This document shows, in pieces, positions 17,418 through 26,890 of a stretch of DNA of 38,859 bases; position 1 is the stretch's first letter, and the number at the start of each line of letters is the position of its first letter. The stretch covers positions 1-38,859 of the forward strand of contig PZPI01000002.1 in the NCBI GenBank assembly GCA_003045935.1. Reading direction: 5' to 3'. Below the pieces are notes generated by a model, which ran no database searches, was not told the origin of the DNA, and saw only the letters and a list, made by a program, of their open reading frames with translations. The stretch is from Bacteroidota bacterium. Its GTDB lineage: Bacteria > Bacteroidota > Bacteroidia > Flavobacteriales > Flavobacteriaceae. A program made the translations under genes and the position numbers.

Positions 17418-18680
17418 TTATAAATTTAGTAATTCATTGTAAATAAGCTCTAAAGCCTTACTCACACTGCGTCCAATCACGCGTTCTCTATGGGTACCCA
17501 TCGAAAAAAAATGCGCCTCTGTTTTATCTGCAGTTGAGATTGCCAAGTAGATTTGACCCACCTCAGCTTCAGAGTCTCCTTTGGTCGGCCCAGCATTGCC
17601 CGTACTAGCAATCGCAAGCTCGGCTCCAGATTTTAATCTCGCCCCTTCAGCCATAGCACACGCTACCTCTGCACTGACAACTGAATGAGCAGCTATTAAC
17701 TCTTTTGAAACGCCAAGTACTGATATTTTCATGTCAGTTGCATAGGTAACATACCCCCCCAAGAAATAGGCTGATGAGCCTGAAACCGCACTTAGGGTAG
17801 ATGCTATTCTTCCTGAAGTAAAACTTTCCGCAGTCGCTACATGAACTCCTTTTTGTTTGGCGAGTTCTAGAATTCTAAATTCTAGACCTCCTTCAGACTC
17901 TTCGCCCTGGTAGCAATCTGAAAGCCGATCTTTTAGCTGCTCGGCAATTGTATTTACCTTTTGCTCTGCTTCAATACGCTCCCCAGCAGAAACCTTGGCA
18001 GTAATTCTAAGCCGCACTCTACCAAAATTAGGTAAGTAGGCCAAAGAAAAACCTTGAGGTAGTAAATCTTCTACATCTTCGATTCGCTCTGCAAGCCTGC
18101 TCTCACCTACCCCATAAGTGATAAGTGTTTTTTGAATAATCGCGGTGCGCCCCGGTAATTCAAGAAGTATTTCCTTCAACTTATTTTCAAAAAGACTTTT
18201 CATTTCAAAAGGCACCCCGGGCATAAATGCACTAATTACTCCTTCATGCTCAAAGAGCATGCCCGGAGCTGTACCGTGATCATTAAATAAAACTTTGCAA
18301 GATTTAGGTAGCCTTGCTTGATCACGATTATGGGCATTCATTGGCGCCTTAATGTAATGGGCAAAAAGAAATTCTAGATGACTGTAAACCTCTTGGTTAA
18401 AAACTAACTCTGTATTGTAAAACTGACAAAGTGCGGCTTTGGTCACATCATCGCGGGTGGGCCCTAATCCTCCTGTAACCAATACTACATTAACTCGATT
18501 ATGCGCTAGCTCCAATGCCGAAGTGATATCTTCAACAGTATCACAACAAGTACTAATATGCTTTACCGTTACGCCTAATTCGGTGAGTGATTTAGCGAGA
18601 AAAGAAGCATTGGTATTAACGACTTGCCCGATAAGAAGCTCATCTCCAATACTAATTATTTCTGCAGCTAGTGTTTTCAT
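17418..18680 (-). CDS. cinA: CinA-family competence/damage-inducible protein (NMN deamidase)
   Basis: N-terminal MoCF domain AEIISIGDELLIGQVVNTNASFLA. C-terminal CinA/PncC domain ATAESFTSGRIAS. Confidence 0.9.
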   Translation of the reverse strand: MKTLAAEIISIGDELLIGQVVNTNASFLAKSLTELGVTVKHISTCCDTVEDITSALELAHNRVNVVLVTGGLGPTRDDVTKAALCQFYNTELVFNQEVYSHLEFLFAHYIKAPMNAHNRDQARLPKSCKVLFNDHGTAPGMLFEHEGVISAFMPGVPFEMKSLFENKLKEILLELPGRTAIIQKTLITYGVGESRLAERIEDVEDLLPQGFSLAYLPNFGRVRLRITAKVSAGERIEAEQKVNTIAEQLKDRLSDCYQGEESEGGLEFRILELAKQKGVHVATAESFTSGRIASTLSAVSGSSAYFLGGYVTYATDMKISVLGVSKELIAAHSVVSAEVACAMAEGARLKSGAELAIASTGNAGPTKGDSEAEVGQIYLAISTADKTEAHFFSMGTHRERVIGRSVSKALELIYNELLNL

Positions 18681-19291
18681 TATCTCACGCCTACCTTGAA
18701 GAACGGTTCATTTTCAATAAAACCCTCTAATACGTCCCCGGCTTTTACTTTACCAACACCAGATGGGGTCCCAGAAAATATAATATCCCCTTTTTTAAGG
18801 GTAAAAAACTGAGAAACATAAGAGATTAATTCGTCGATCTTCCAAAGCATCAGTTCTGAACTAGCTGATTGAACTACTTCGTTATTTCTCTTCAAACTAA
18901 AATTTAAATCATTGAGATCTTTATAATTTGATTTTGAAACCCATTTACCAATAACTGCTGATCCGTCAAAAGACTTAGCCTTCTCCCATGGCAACCCTTT
19001 AGACTTCAATTCATCTTGTACATCTCGAGCAGTAAAATCAATCCCAAGACTTACTTCATCGTAATATTTGTGAGCAAACTCTTTAGCGATGTGCTTCCCA
19101 ACTTTAGTAATCTTGACGAGAAGTTCTACCTCATGGTGAACATTATTACTGAATGGTGGTAAATAAAAGTCCTGTTCCTTAGGCAGTATAGCAGAATCGG
19201 CTTTGATGAACACTACAGGGTTTTTTGGCCTCTCATTTTCTAATTCTTCAATGTGAGCCGTGTAATTTCTGCCAATACAAATAAGTTTCAT
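18680..19291 (-). CDS. Fumarylacetoacetate hydrolase (FAH) family protein
   Basis: MKLICIGRNYTAHIEEL ... HHEVELLV ... GDIIFSGTPSGVG. TAATG overlap with cinA. Confidence 0.85.
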   Translation of the reverse strand: MKLICIGRNYTAHIEELENERPKNPVVFIKADSAILPKEQDFYLPPFSNNVHHEVELLVKITKVGKHIAKEFAHKYYDEVSLGIDFTARDVQDELKSKGLPWEKAKSFDGSAVIGKWVSKSNYKDLNDLNFSLKRNNEVVQSASSELMLWKIDELISYVSQFFTLKKGDIIFSGTPSGVGKVKAGDVLEGFIENEPFFKVGVR

Positions 19292-19293
19292 AG

Positions 19294-20064
19294 CTAGGAT
19301 TTAAAATAGGTTCCTAATTTGATTTGAGTGAGTACTTTCTTGGTATAAAGCGGAAAATCAGCACCTAAAATCCACCCAAAGTAACCTGGTTCTTTCTCGA
19401 GAACTTCTAAAACCGGCACACCTTTGTGCTTACCAAAGTTAAAAACAGGAACTCCATCCTCGTTCTTAGTAAGCATACCCGCAAAATCTACCCGATCCTG
19501 CCTTGAGGTAAATTCAGATAGCGACTTTACATCTTTCGGCAGCTCTTTATATCTATTTAGTTGTGCTTCGAGAACTTCATAAGTTGCTAAGGTATCTGCT
19601 TCAGCGGTATGTGCGTCCTCAAGGTCTTTATCACAATAAAATTTATAAGCCGCGGTTAGTGTGCGCTTTTCCATCTTGTGAAAAATGGTTTGTACATCGA
19701 CAGAAACCATTTTCTTAAGATCAACGTCTACACCAACTCGCAGGAGTTCTTCGATAAGCATAGGAATATCGAAACGATCTGAATTGAATCCGGCTAAATC
19801 TGCATCCTTGAACCACCCATAGATTTCGTGCGCCAACTGCTTAAACGTAGGCTCATTCGCAACTTTGTCATCAGATATTCCATGAACGGCTGTAGATTCA
19901 ACAGGAATCGGAATCTCAGGATTCACCAACCAACTTTGCTGCTTTCTAGTACCATTAGGAAACAATTTTAGTATCGAAATTTCTACGATCCGGTCTTTAA
20001 CAATGTTAATACCTGTGGTCTCGAGATCGAAGAAACAGATCGGTTTAGAGAGTTCTAAGGCCAT
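19294..20064 (-). CDS. DEDDh 3'-5' exonuclease (DnaQ-like) with C-terminal small domain
   Basis: Start moved to MALELSKPICFFDLETTG, which avoids overlap with the upstream E2 gene. Exo motifs DLETTG, HGISDD and HTAEADTLAT. Confidence 0.8.
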   Translation of the reverse strand: MALELSKPICFFDLETTGINIVKDRIVEISILKLFPNGTRKQQSWLVNPEIPIPVESTAVHGISDDKVANEPTFKQLAHEIYGWFKDADLAGFNSDRFDIPMLIEELLRVGVDVDLKKMVSVDVQTIFHKMEKRTLTAAYKFYCDKDLEDAHTAEADTLATYEVLEAQLNRYKELPKDVKSLSEFTSRQDRVDFAGMLTKNEDGVPVFNFGKHKGVPVLEVLEKEPGYFGWILGADFPLYTKKVLTQIKLGTYFKS

Positions 20065-20081
20065 GAAACTAGCTTTTGATT

Positions 20082-21458
20082 TTATACTTTTCGATCCATC
20101 GACCAATTTTCAAGAAGATCAGCCACATGTTTAATAAAAAGCCCTCCTAATGCTCCGTTCACCACACGGTGATCATAGGAGTGAGACAAGAACATTTTAT
20201 GGCGTATAGCAATAAATTCACCTTGATCAGTATCTACTACAGCAGGGATTTTTCTAATAGCACCTATAGCTAGAATAGCTACCTGCGGTTGAGGAATAAT
20301 TGGAGTTCCCATAACACTGCCAAAAGAGCCGATGTTAGTGATCGTATAGGTGCCTTGCATCACTTCGTCAGGCTTAAGGGCACTCTTTCTAGCTCTAGCC
20401 GCTAGATCGTTAACCTTTTTAGCTAAACCAACTAAATTCAAGGTGTCTGCATCCTTTATGACTGGAACAATCAGGTTACCGTCTTCTAGAGCGGTTGCCA
20501 TTCCCAAATTAACTGAAGCCTTCTTAATAATTTTTTCCCCATCAAACTGAATATTCAACATTGGAAAAGCTTTCAAAGCCTTGGCTACTACTTCAAAGAA
20601 GATCGGAGTAAACGTTAGCTTTTCACCATGAGTTCGCTCAAATTGATCTTTAATAGCTGCTCTCCATTCAACAACCCGCGTCATATCAACTTCGATAAAA
20701 CTTTGAACATGAGCAGAGGTTTGCAAACTGCCAATCATATGATCTGAAGTAAGCTTTGCCATTCGATTCAGTTCAATGATCTCGTCTCCAGAAGCTAGAG
20801 TAGCGGTAGGAATTGATACCGATTTTACCGGTGAATTAGATGCACTTGGTTTTAATTCCTTTGCGGTTGTAACTACCTCAGAAGGAACAGCCGAAACAGA
20901 CGCAGAACCGGCGCGTTTTTCGAGGTAGGCGATCATGTCATATTTCGTAACTCTACCATCTAGTCCTGTACCTTGAATCTGATTTAATTCTTCATCAGAT
21001 ATCCCTTCTTCCTTCGCCATATTTCGAACGAGTGGAGACAGTAAACCTGAAGAAGCGATCGATTTTGAAAAATGATTGGATATTGGAGATTCGATGGCTT
21101 CGATAACAGAAGGAGCTGGTTCTTCTTTAACAGGCTCTTCTGATTCTTTTTTGGATTCAATCTCTAACGGATTTTGAACTGGAATAGATTCAGTTTCAAC
21201 AGATGATTCAGGTCCTCCTTCAGTTTCTATGATAGCAATCACAGCTCCTACTTCAGCCACCTCATCAATAGCGAATCGCTGCTCAATTAATATACCGGTA
21301 TATTCACTAACTACTTCAGAATCAACTTTATCGGTAGCTACCTCAACAATAACCTCGTCTTCTTCTACACGGTCACCGACCGATTTGATCCAATTGGTTA
21401 TTGTAGCCTCAGCTACACTTTCGCCCATTTCAGGAAGTCGAATCTCAATTTTCGCCAT
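20082..21458 (-). CDS. 2-oxo acid dehydrogenase E2 (dihydrolipoyl acyltransferase), probably the branched-chain type
   Basis: Lipoyl domain VATDKVDSEV, E3/E1-binding domain SPLVRNMAKEEGI, catalytic SHSYDHRVVNGALGG. Confidence 0.9.
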   Translation of the reverse strand: MAKIEIRLPEMGESVAEATITNWIKSVGDRVEEDEVIVEVATDKVDSEVVSEYTGILIEQRFAIDEVAEVGAVIAIIETEGGPESSVETESIPVQNPLEIESKKESEEPVKEEPAPSVIEAIESPISNHFSKSIASSGLLSPLVRNMAKEEGISDEELNQIQGTGLDGRVTKYDMIAYLEKRAGSASVSAVPSEVVTTAKELKPSASNSPVKSVSIPTATLASGDEIIELNRMAKLTSDHMIGSLQTSAHVQSFIEVDMTRVVEWRAAIKDQFERTHGEKLTFTPIFFEVVAKALKAFPMLNIQFDGEKIIKKASVNLGMATALEDGNLIVPVIKDADTLNLVGLAKKVNDLAARARKSALKPDEVMQGTYTITNIGSFGSVMGTPIIPQPQVAILAIGAIRKIPAVVDTDQGEFIAIRHKMFLSHSYDHRVVNGALGGLFIKHVADLLENWSMDRKV

Positions 21459-21475
21459 GGCTACAAAGTTAGCAA

Positions 21476-22090
21476 TTATCCTTTATCGTAGTTGAGTGGA
21501 ATACGATTAGAAATGCTTCGGCCAAGGGTTATTTCGTCTGCATATTGAAGTTCATCACCGACTGCTATACCTCTAGCGATGGTAGAAAACTTCAGACTAA
21601 GACCAGCTAATTGCTTGTAAATGTAAAAGTTAGTAGTGTCTCCTTCCATGGTAGAACTCAGTGCAAAAATAAGTTCAGTAATCCCTTCTGATTTCACTCT
21701 TGAAACCAAAGAATCAATAGTAAGGTCTGAAGGCCCGATCCCATCCATCGGAGAAATCTTACCTCCAAGAACGTGATATCTCCCTCTGAACTCAGAGGTA
21801 CCCTCAATCGCAAGCACATCTCTGATGTCTTCAACCACGCACAAAATGCCTATATCTCTTCTAGAATCCTCACATATTTGACAAATTTCGGTATCCGATA
21901 GTGTATGGCAATGTTTACAATTTTTAGAATTTTCTCGTAAGGAGAGCAAGGCTTTGGAAAGATCTTCAGTCTGTGTCTGAGGTCTGTTTAATAGATGTAA
22001 TGCTAAACGAAGTGCAGAACGTTTTCCAATCCCAGGGAGCAATGAAATTTCATTCACCGCATTTTCTAATAACTTTGAGCCATATTCCAT
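21476..22090 (-). CDS. recR: Recombination protein RecR
   Basis: [17 protein letters not shown] HhH motif, zinc finger [16 protein letters not shown], Toprim domain. Confidence 0.95.
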   Translation of the reverse strand: MEYGSKLLENAVNEISLLPGIGKRSALRLALHLLNRPQTQTEDLSKALLSLRENSKNCKHCHTLSDTEICQICEDSRRDIGILCVVEDIRDVLAIEGTSEFRGRYHVLGGKISPMDGIGPSDLTIDSLVSRVKSEGITELIFALSSTMEGDTTNFYIYKQLAGLSLKFSTIARGIAVGDELQYADEITLGRSISNRIPLNYDKG

Positions 22091-22115
22091 TTTTCAAAAA
22101 TACTAGAAGCGACTC

Positions 22116-23579
22116 ATGAATCCCACTCAAATTTTTATTCTTCTGATTGCTTATTTCGGTTTACTGTTTGTGATCTCATACATTACGGGAAAAAGCGACT
22201 CTAACGAGGCCTTCTTTAAAGCCAATTCGAATTCACCTTGGTATCTAGTTGCTTTTGGTATGGTAGGCGCCTCTTTATCTGGTGTGACCTTTATTTCGGT
22301 TCCGGGCTGGGTAGGTCAAACGAGCTTCACCTACCTTCAAGTAGTGATCGGGTATTTTTTCGGATACCTTGTCGTCGCCTACATTTTATTACCTATTTAT
22401 TACAAACTTCGCCTTCCCTCCATTTACAGCTATTTAAGTGAACGATTCAACCCAAGTACACAAAAAGTCGGGGCCTTTTACTTTTTAATTTCCAGAGTGA
22501 TCGGAGCTTCATTTAGACTTTATTTGGTGGCACTTGTGTTGCACACCTATCTATTTGAGCCGCTTGGAGTACCTCTAGAGGCCACCGTAATTCTTTCAGT
22601 TGGATTAATTTATGCCTATACTTTCAGAGGTGGGATTCGAACGATTGTAATTACAGATAGTCTACAGACCTTTTTAATGCTTCTTAGTGTTGGCTTGAGT
22701 ATCTATCTCATTTTAGACGAGCTGAATTTCAGCGTTTCTCAATATTTATCTTCTACTTCCTTTGAAAGTATGAGTCAAGTTTGGGTAACTGAAGACTTTG
22801 GAAGAAGTGATTTCTTTCTCAAATCCCTAATCGGAGGAATGTTTATCACCATCAGCATGACCGGGCTTGATCAAGATATGATGCAAAAAAATCTAAGCTG
22901 TAAAAATTTGAAAGAAGCTCAGAAAAACATGCTTGTTTTCAGTACAGTATTAGTGATAGTTACCACCCTATTTATATTCTTAGGGGCCCTACTCTATTCC
23001 TACGCAGAGGTAATGGGAATTGGTATACCTACTCAAAATGGGGTTACTAGAACCGATTTATTGTTTCCAGAAATCGCACTGAAAGGAAACTTAGGAATTC
23101 TAGTTTCCATATCCTTCTTCTTGGGTTTAATAGCTGCGGCGTACAGCAGCGCTGACAGTGCACTTACCTCCCTAACCACATCCATATGCTTTGACTTTTT
23201 AGATTTAGCAAATGACAACTCTAGAGCAACTATCCAAAAACGAAAGTGGATTCACCTAGGGGTAGCCATTCTTCTGATCTTGGTAATCATCGCATTTAGT
23301 TACTGGGTAGACCAAAATGTGATTGATAGTCTTCTTACCGTGGCTGGATATACCTATGGCCCGTTACTGGGATTATTTGCGTTCGGACTTTTCACTTCGC
23401 ATCAGATCAAGGGTAACCGAGTTTTCCCAATCACTATTGCATCGGTGATTCTGATTACCTTGACAGCTAATTTGCCAAGTGACTTTTTAGGGAATTATAA
23501 GCTAGGCTACGAGTTATTACCACTCAACGGGACAATAACCTTCAGTCTACTTTACTTATTTCGATCTAGAACTTCATAA
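22116..23579 (+). CDS. Sodium:solute symporter (SSF) family transporter
   Basis: About 13 hydrophobic segments. SSF-like GGIRTIVITDSLQTF. 487 aa. Confidence 0.8.
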   Translation: MNPTQIFILLIAYFGLLFVISYITGKSDSNEAFFKANSNSPWYLVAFGMVGASLSGVTFISVPGWVGQTSFTYLQVVIGYFFGYLVVAYILLPIYYKLRLPSIYSYLSERFNPSTQKVGAFYFLISRVIGASFRLYLVALVLHTYLFEPLGVPLEATVILSVGLIYAYTFRGGIRTIVITDSLQTFLMLLSVGLSIYLILDELNFSVSQYLSSTSFESMSQVWVTEDFGRSDFFLKSLIGGMFITISMTGLDQDMMQKNLSCKNLKEAQKNMLVFSTVLVIVTTLFIFLGALLYSYAEVMGIGIPTQNGVTRTDLLFPEIALKGNLGILVSISFFLGLIAAAYSSADSALTSLTTSICFDFLDLANDNSRATIQKRKWIHLGVAILLILVIIAFSYWVDQNVIDSLLTVAGYTYGPLLGLFAFGLFTSHQIKGNRVFPITIASVILITLTANLPSDFLGNYKLGYELLPLNGTITFSLLYLFRSRTS

Positions 23580-24573
23580 TTACACTACCCCAGGTAAATC
23601 CACTACCGAAGGCCGCAAGAACCACGAGATCACCAGCATTTACCTTACCTTTTTCCCAAGCCTCAGTTAAGGCGATTGGGATAGATGCAGCCGTAGTATT
23701 ACCGTAGTGCATGATGTTATTGTAAACCTGATCGTCAGACAATCCGAATTTAGATTGAATAAATTGAGCTATTCTAAGATTTGCTTGGTGAGGAACAAGC
23801 ATATCAATATCTGAACTTGTTAAACCGTTGTGCGCTAGACCTTCTTTAATCACCTCTGAAAAACGCACAACCGCATTTTTAAAAACGAATTGTCCGTTCA
23901 TATGTGGCAAGTAAGACTCGTCATTCGGGTTATTGTCTTTTAGAATATCCGTCACCCATCGCTTACCCATTCCAGGGGCAATTAAGGCTAATTCCTCGGC
24001 ATGAGCACCTTCAGAATGCAAGTGAGTAGAAAGTATTTTACGATTTTCATCTTCACTTTTTGAAACAATAGCTGCTCCTGCCCCATCTCCAAAAATAACA
24101 GAGACAGATCGGCCGCGAGTAGTCATATCTAGGCCTTGACTGTGCAATTCAGAACCAATAACTAGTATATTTTTGTACATCCCTGAACGGATGTATTGAT
24201 CAGCCACAGAAATTGCATATACAAACCCAGAACACTGATTTCTAACATCCAAAGCCCCTACTGTACTCAAACCTAAATCACGCTGTACGAGAACCCCTGG
24301 GCCCGGGAAATAATAATCAGGACTAAGGGTTGCAAAAATGATAAAGTCAATTTCATCTTTATTGATTCCAGCGCGTTCAATGGCTACTTTAGCAGCCTCA
24401 ACACCCATAGACGTGGTAGTGTCTTTACCTTTAACTGCAAAACGTCTTTCTTTAATACCTGTTCTTTCAGTGATCCATTCATCACTAGTTTCAATGATTT
24501 TCGATAGATCGTCATTGGTTACAACCTGTTCTGGCACATAGTAGCCCAATCCTTTGATGTAAGCGCTGTTCAT
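23566..24573 (-). CDS. fabH: 3-oxoacyl-ACP synthase III
   Basis: DVRNQCSGFVYA (active-site Cys), VPHQANLRI, HYGNTTAASIP, FGSGFTWG. Confidence 0.9.
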   Translation of the reverse strand: MNSAYIKGLGYYVPEQVVTNDDLSKIIETSDEWITERTGIKERRFAVKGKDTTTSMGVEAAKVAIERAGINKDEIDFIIFATLSPDYYFPGPGVLVQRDLGLSTVGALDVRNQCSGFVYAISVADQYIRSGMYKNILVIGSELHSQGLDMTTRGRSVSVIFGDGAGAAIVSKSEDENRKILSTHLHSEGAHAEELALIAPGMGKRWVTDILKDNNPNDESYLPHMNGQFVFKNAVVRFSEVIKEGLAHNGLTSSDIDMLVPHQANLRIAQFIQSKFGLSDDQVYNNIMHYGNTTAASIPIALTEAWEKGKVNAGDLVVLAAFGSGFTWGSVIMKF

Positions 24574-24602
24574 ATGAATAATTTAGTCCTTTAAAATTAG
24601 GC

Positions 24603-25916
24603 TTAATTTGACAAATACTTGAGATAAGCCTTGGTGTCCACATCTGCCTTTAAATCATAAAGCAAATTATAAAGACCGAAAAAGGTACGATTCATATAAA
24701 GAAAATGCTTCGAACCTCTATTGGCATTCATCTTACGGATGGTTTGGTCTTGAGAGAAAAATTCAGCCATTTTGCCAATTCCGTCCCAGAATTCTGGATT
24801 GGCGAAATCAAATCGATCCCTATTAAACGGCGCCGTGAAGAGCTGTAGCATTTCTCTAAAGAGTTTGGTAAAATAAGTTATTTCGTCTGCTCCATCAGAT
24901 TCTACTAACATTTCAAGTTCGTATAATTTCGAAAGGAAAAGATCCTGGTCTTTCATCGCAGAGGCATTTGCCAACTCAAAATAGGGAGTATAAAACTGAT
25001 TCGGTATTTCTTTGATACATCCAAAATCAATAACAATAAGCTCACCTTGTTGGTTCACCAAAAAATTACCCGGATGTGGATCTGCATGCACCGCCTTCAA
25101 GCCATGAATCTGAAACATATAAAAGTCCCATAGCGATTGGCCCAATGCTTGAGCTACATCAGCATCAAATTTACCATTAACGAAAACTCCGAGGGGTACT
25201 CCGTCCATCCAATCCATTGTTAGAATTCGTTCAGAAGAATACTCTGGATAATAATTCGGAAATCGGAGATTTGGGATATGACTCGCCTTTGAGGTAATTG
25301 AGACGCTCATATCGAGCTCATGTAAGTAGTCGGTTTCTTCTTTGAGTTTTTCTTCAATTTCCTTGAAATACTTCTCCGACTCTCGAGCTCCCATATTGAA
25401 CATTCTGAGTGCGATAGGCTTTACCAGTGCCAGATCTGACGAAATACTCTCAGCGACACCGGGATATTGAATCTTTACGGCTAAATTCTTACCTTCTTTA
25501 TTAGCTTTGTGTACTTGTCCGATAGAAGCGGCGTTGATTGCATTGTAATCGAAAGAATCAAAGATATCCTCCGGCAACGCATTCATGTATCGCCTAAAAG
25601 TCTTCTTTACTAGTGGACCAGAAAGAGGTGGAACTGAAAATTGAGAAAGAGAAAAGCGATCTACATACGCCCGAGGTAATATATTGCGCTCCATGCTTAG
25701 CATCTGAGCTACTTTTAAAGCACTTCCCTTCAGCGTTTTTAAACCATCGTAGATATCTGAAGCATTATTCTCGTTTAAACGATCCTTTGCTTCATCTGAA
25801 CCTACCAGTGACTCTCCGTAATATTTAATATAATTACCCCCAATCTTAACTCCAGTTTTAACAAGCTTACTCGCCCGCTCAAGTTTGGAAGTAGGAATTG
25901 AATCTAAAGTCTTCAT
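24603..25916 (-). CDS. ABC1/UbiB-family atypical protein kinase
   Basis: ASIGQVHKA ... AVKIQYPG ... HADPHPGNFLV ... VIDFG. Confidence 0.85.
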   Translation of the reverse strand: MKTLDSIPTSKLERASKLVKTGVKIGGNYIKYYGESLVGSDEAKDRLNENNASDIYDGLKTLKGSALKVAQMLSMERNILPRAYVDRFSLSQFSVPPLSGPLVKKTFRRYMNALPEDIFDSFDYNAINAASIGQVHKANKEGKNLAVKIQYPGVAESISSDLALVKPIALRMFNMGARESEKYFKEIEEKLKEETDYLHELDMSVSITSKASHIPNLRFPNYYPEYSSERILTMDWMDGVPLGVFVNGKFDADVAQALGQSLWDFYMFQIHGLKAVHADPHPGNFLVNQQGELIVIDFGCIKEIPNQFYTPYFELANASAMKDQDLFLSKLYELEMLVESDGADEITYFTKLFREMLQLFTAPFNRDRFDFANPEFWDGIGKMAEFFSQDQTIRKMNANRGSKHFLYMNRTFFGLYNLLYDLKADVDTKAYLKYLSN

Positions 25917-26575
25917 TTAGCAAATAACTCCTTAGCCATGAATTTTCCAAGATCAATTACGTTTTCTAAAGGGGTGTGATCAAAAACGTCAAACACCGTA
26001 TTGATTGATTTCTCAATGGCTACATCGGTTTTTTCAAAGCCCGGTGAGTCATCCTCTAAATTGAATTTTAAAATAAACAGAAACTGCGCCCATGCAGCCT
26101 CTGAAAAGATTTGAGTATTATGCTTGGTAAATGAAATTTTTTTCTCCTCATTCCCTGCCTCGATAAGTGTTGTGGCAAAATTTAAAAAAACAGCTCTAAG
26201 TTTAGAAAGCTCAGAAAGCGATTGTAAACTTTTTATCCCTTGCTGATTTTTTAAACTAAACAGCACATAACTTCTATTGAGAGTAATTAGTTCAAAAAAC
26301 GAGAAGTAATAAGCTAATAATTTCGATCGTCTATCATACCCTTCGTACTGCTGATCTCCCTCGAGAGCCTTCATTGTATTTTCATGAAAAGCCAGCCAAA
26401 CCTCTTTGGCAAGAATATCTAAAGAACCAAAATGTTTGTAGAATTGTGAATCCTTAATTCCCAATTGAGAGCAAAATTTGAAGACTGACTTAGGAACCAC
26501 TTCATGTTCCAGACAGGTATTCATGTAATGCGAAACGATTTCTTGTTTTGAAACCTCTTTAGTTTTAGCAGCCAT
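25913..26575 (-). CDS. TetR/AcrR-like transcriptional regulator
   Basis: N-terminal HTH-like segment VPKSVFKFCSQLGIKDSQFYKHFGSLD, all-helical remainder, ATGA overlap with the ABC1 kinase gene. Confidence 0.65.
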   Translation of the reverse strand: MAAKTKEVSKQEIVSHYMNTCLEHEVVPKSVFKFCSQLGIKDSQFYKHFGSLDILAKEVWLAFHENTMKALEGDQQYEGYDRRSKLLAYYFSFFELITLNRSYVLFSLKNQQGIKSLQSLSELSKLRAVFLNFATTLIEAGNEEKKISFTKHNTQIFSEAAWAQFLFILKFNLEDDSPGFEKTDVAIEKSINTVFDVFDHTPLENVIDLGKFMAKELFAK

Positions 26576-26591
26576 AGCAAATATGTTTAGA

Positions 26592-26599
26592 CAAATTTA
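26592..26599 (-). promoter_or_regulatory. Candidate -7 promoter box (TAAATTTG) for the tetR-ABC1-fabH operon
   Basis: Exact TAnnTTTG match on the minus strand, 16 nt upstream of ATG 26575. Confidence 0.3.
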
Positions 26600-26629
26600 A
26601 TTAACCCTGAACAAAAAATGAAATAGATA

Positions 26630-26681
26630 AAAGTCAAAGAAAAAGAAAACGCGCTATCTGTAGAAATGATAACGCGTTTTC
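26630..26681 (-). terminator. Orphan terminator-like hairpin plus T-rich tail (minus-strand orientation)
   Basis: 9-bp stem 26645-26653 / 26673-26681 (GAAAACGCG/CGCGTTTTC). A further 4 bp (TATC/GATA) pairs after a 1x1 mismatch. Loop of 9 nt. On the minus strand it is followed by CTTTTTCTTTGACTTTT. Confidence 0.45.
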
Positions 26682-26728
26682 AACAACCTAACCAATAAAT
26701 AAACAAACTTGTTGTGTTTCTTTTTCAT
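26654..26728 (-). other. Candidate 24-codon sORF or small transcript (MKKKHNKFVYLLVRLLKTRYHFYR)
   Basis: The ATG lies 21 nt downstream of a TATATTTG box. The stop codon lies inside the hairpin. No homology claimed. Confidence 0.2.
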
Positions 26729-26749
26729 AGCAAAGTTTCCACAACACTT

Positions 26750-26757
26750 CAAATATA
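26750..26757 (-). promoter_or_regulatory. Candidate -7 promoter box (TATATTTG) for the orphan mini-unit
   Basis: Exact TAnnTTTG match on the minus strand in the tetR/htpG intergenic region. Confidence 0.3.
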
Positions 26758-26890
26758 CATTTTGTTTATTAAAACTCAAAAATAATTAAACATAATTTTC
26801 AAAATAAATAAATCTGTCAGTTTGTCACTGAGATAAAGATTGGTACTCTTTTTGAAATTTCTAGTGCAATTAATCATTTGAATAAAACTT

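Noticed and set aside
26760-26890. A CIRCE (TTAGCACTC-N9-GAGTGCTAA) or other heat-shock operator upstream of htpG, including the short inverted repeat TCAGT..ACTGA near 26818-26835.
   Set aside because: No CIRCE-like match was found. The inverted repeat is only 5 bp in AT-rich sequence and is not distinguishable from chance.
26576-26890. Housekeeping ncRNAs (SRP RNA, 6S, RNase P, tmRNA) or riboswitches in the larger intergenic regions (2850-3137, 26576-26890, 29200-29392).
   Set aside because: These regions are AT-rich with no GC-rich conserved helices or recognisable riboswitch cores. Nothing supports such a call without a covariance-model search.
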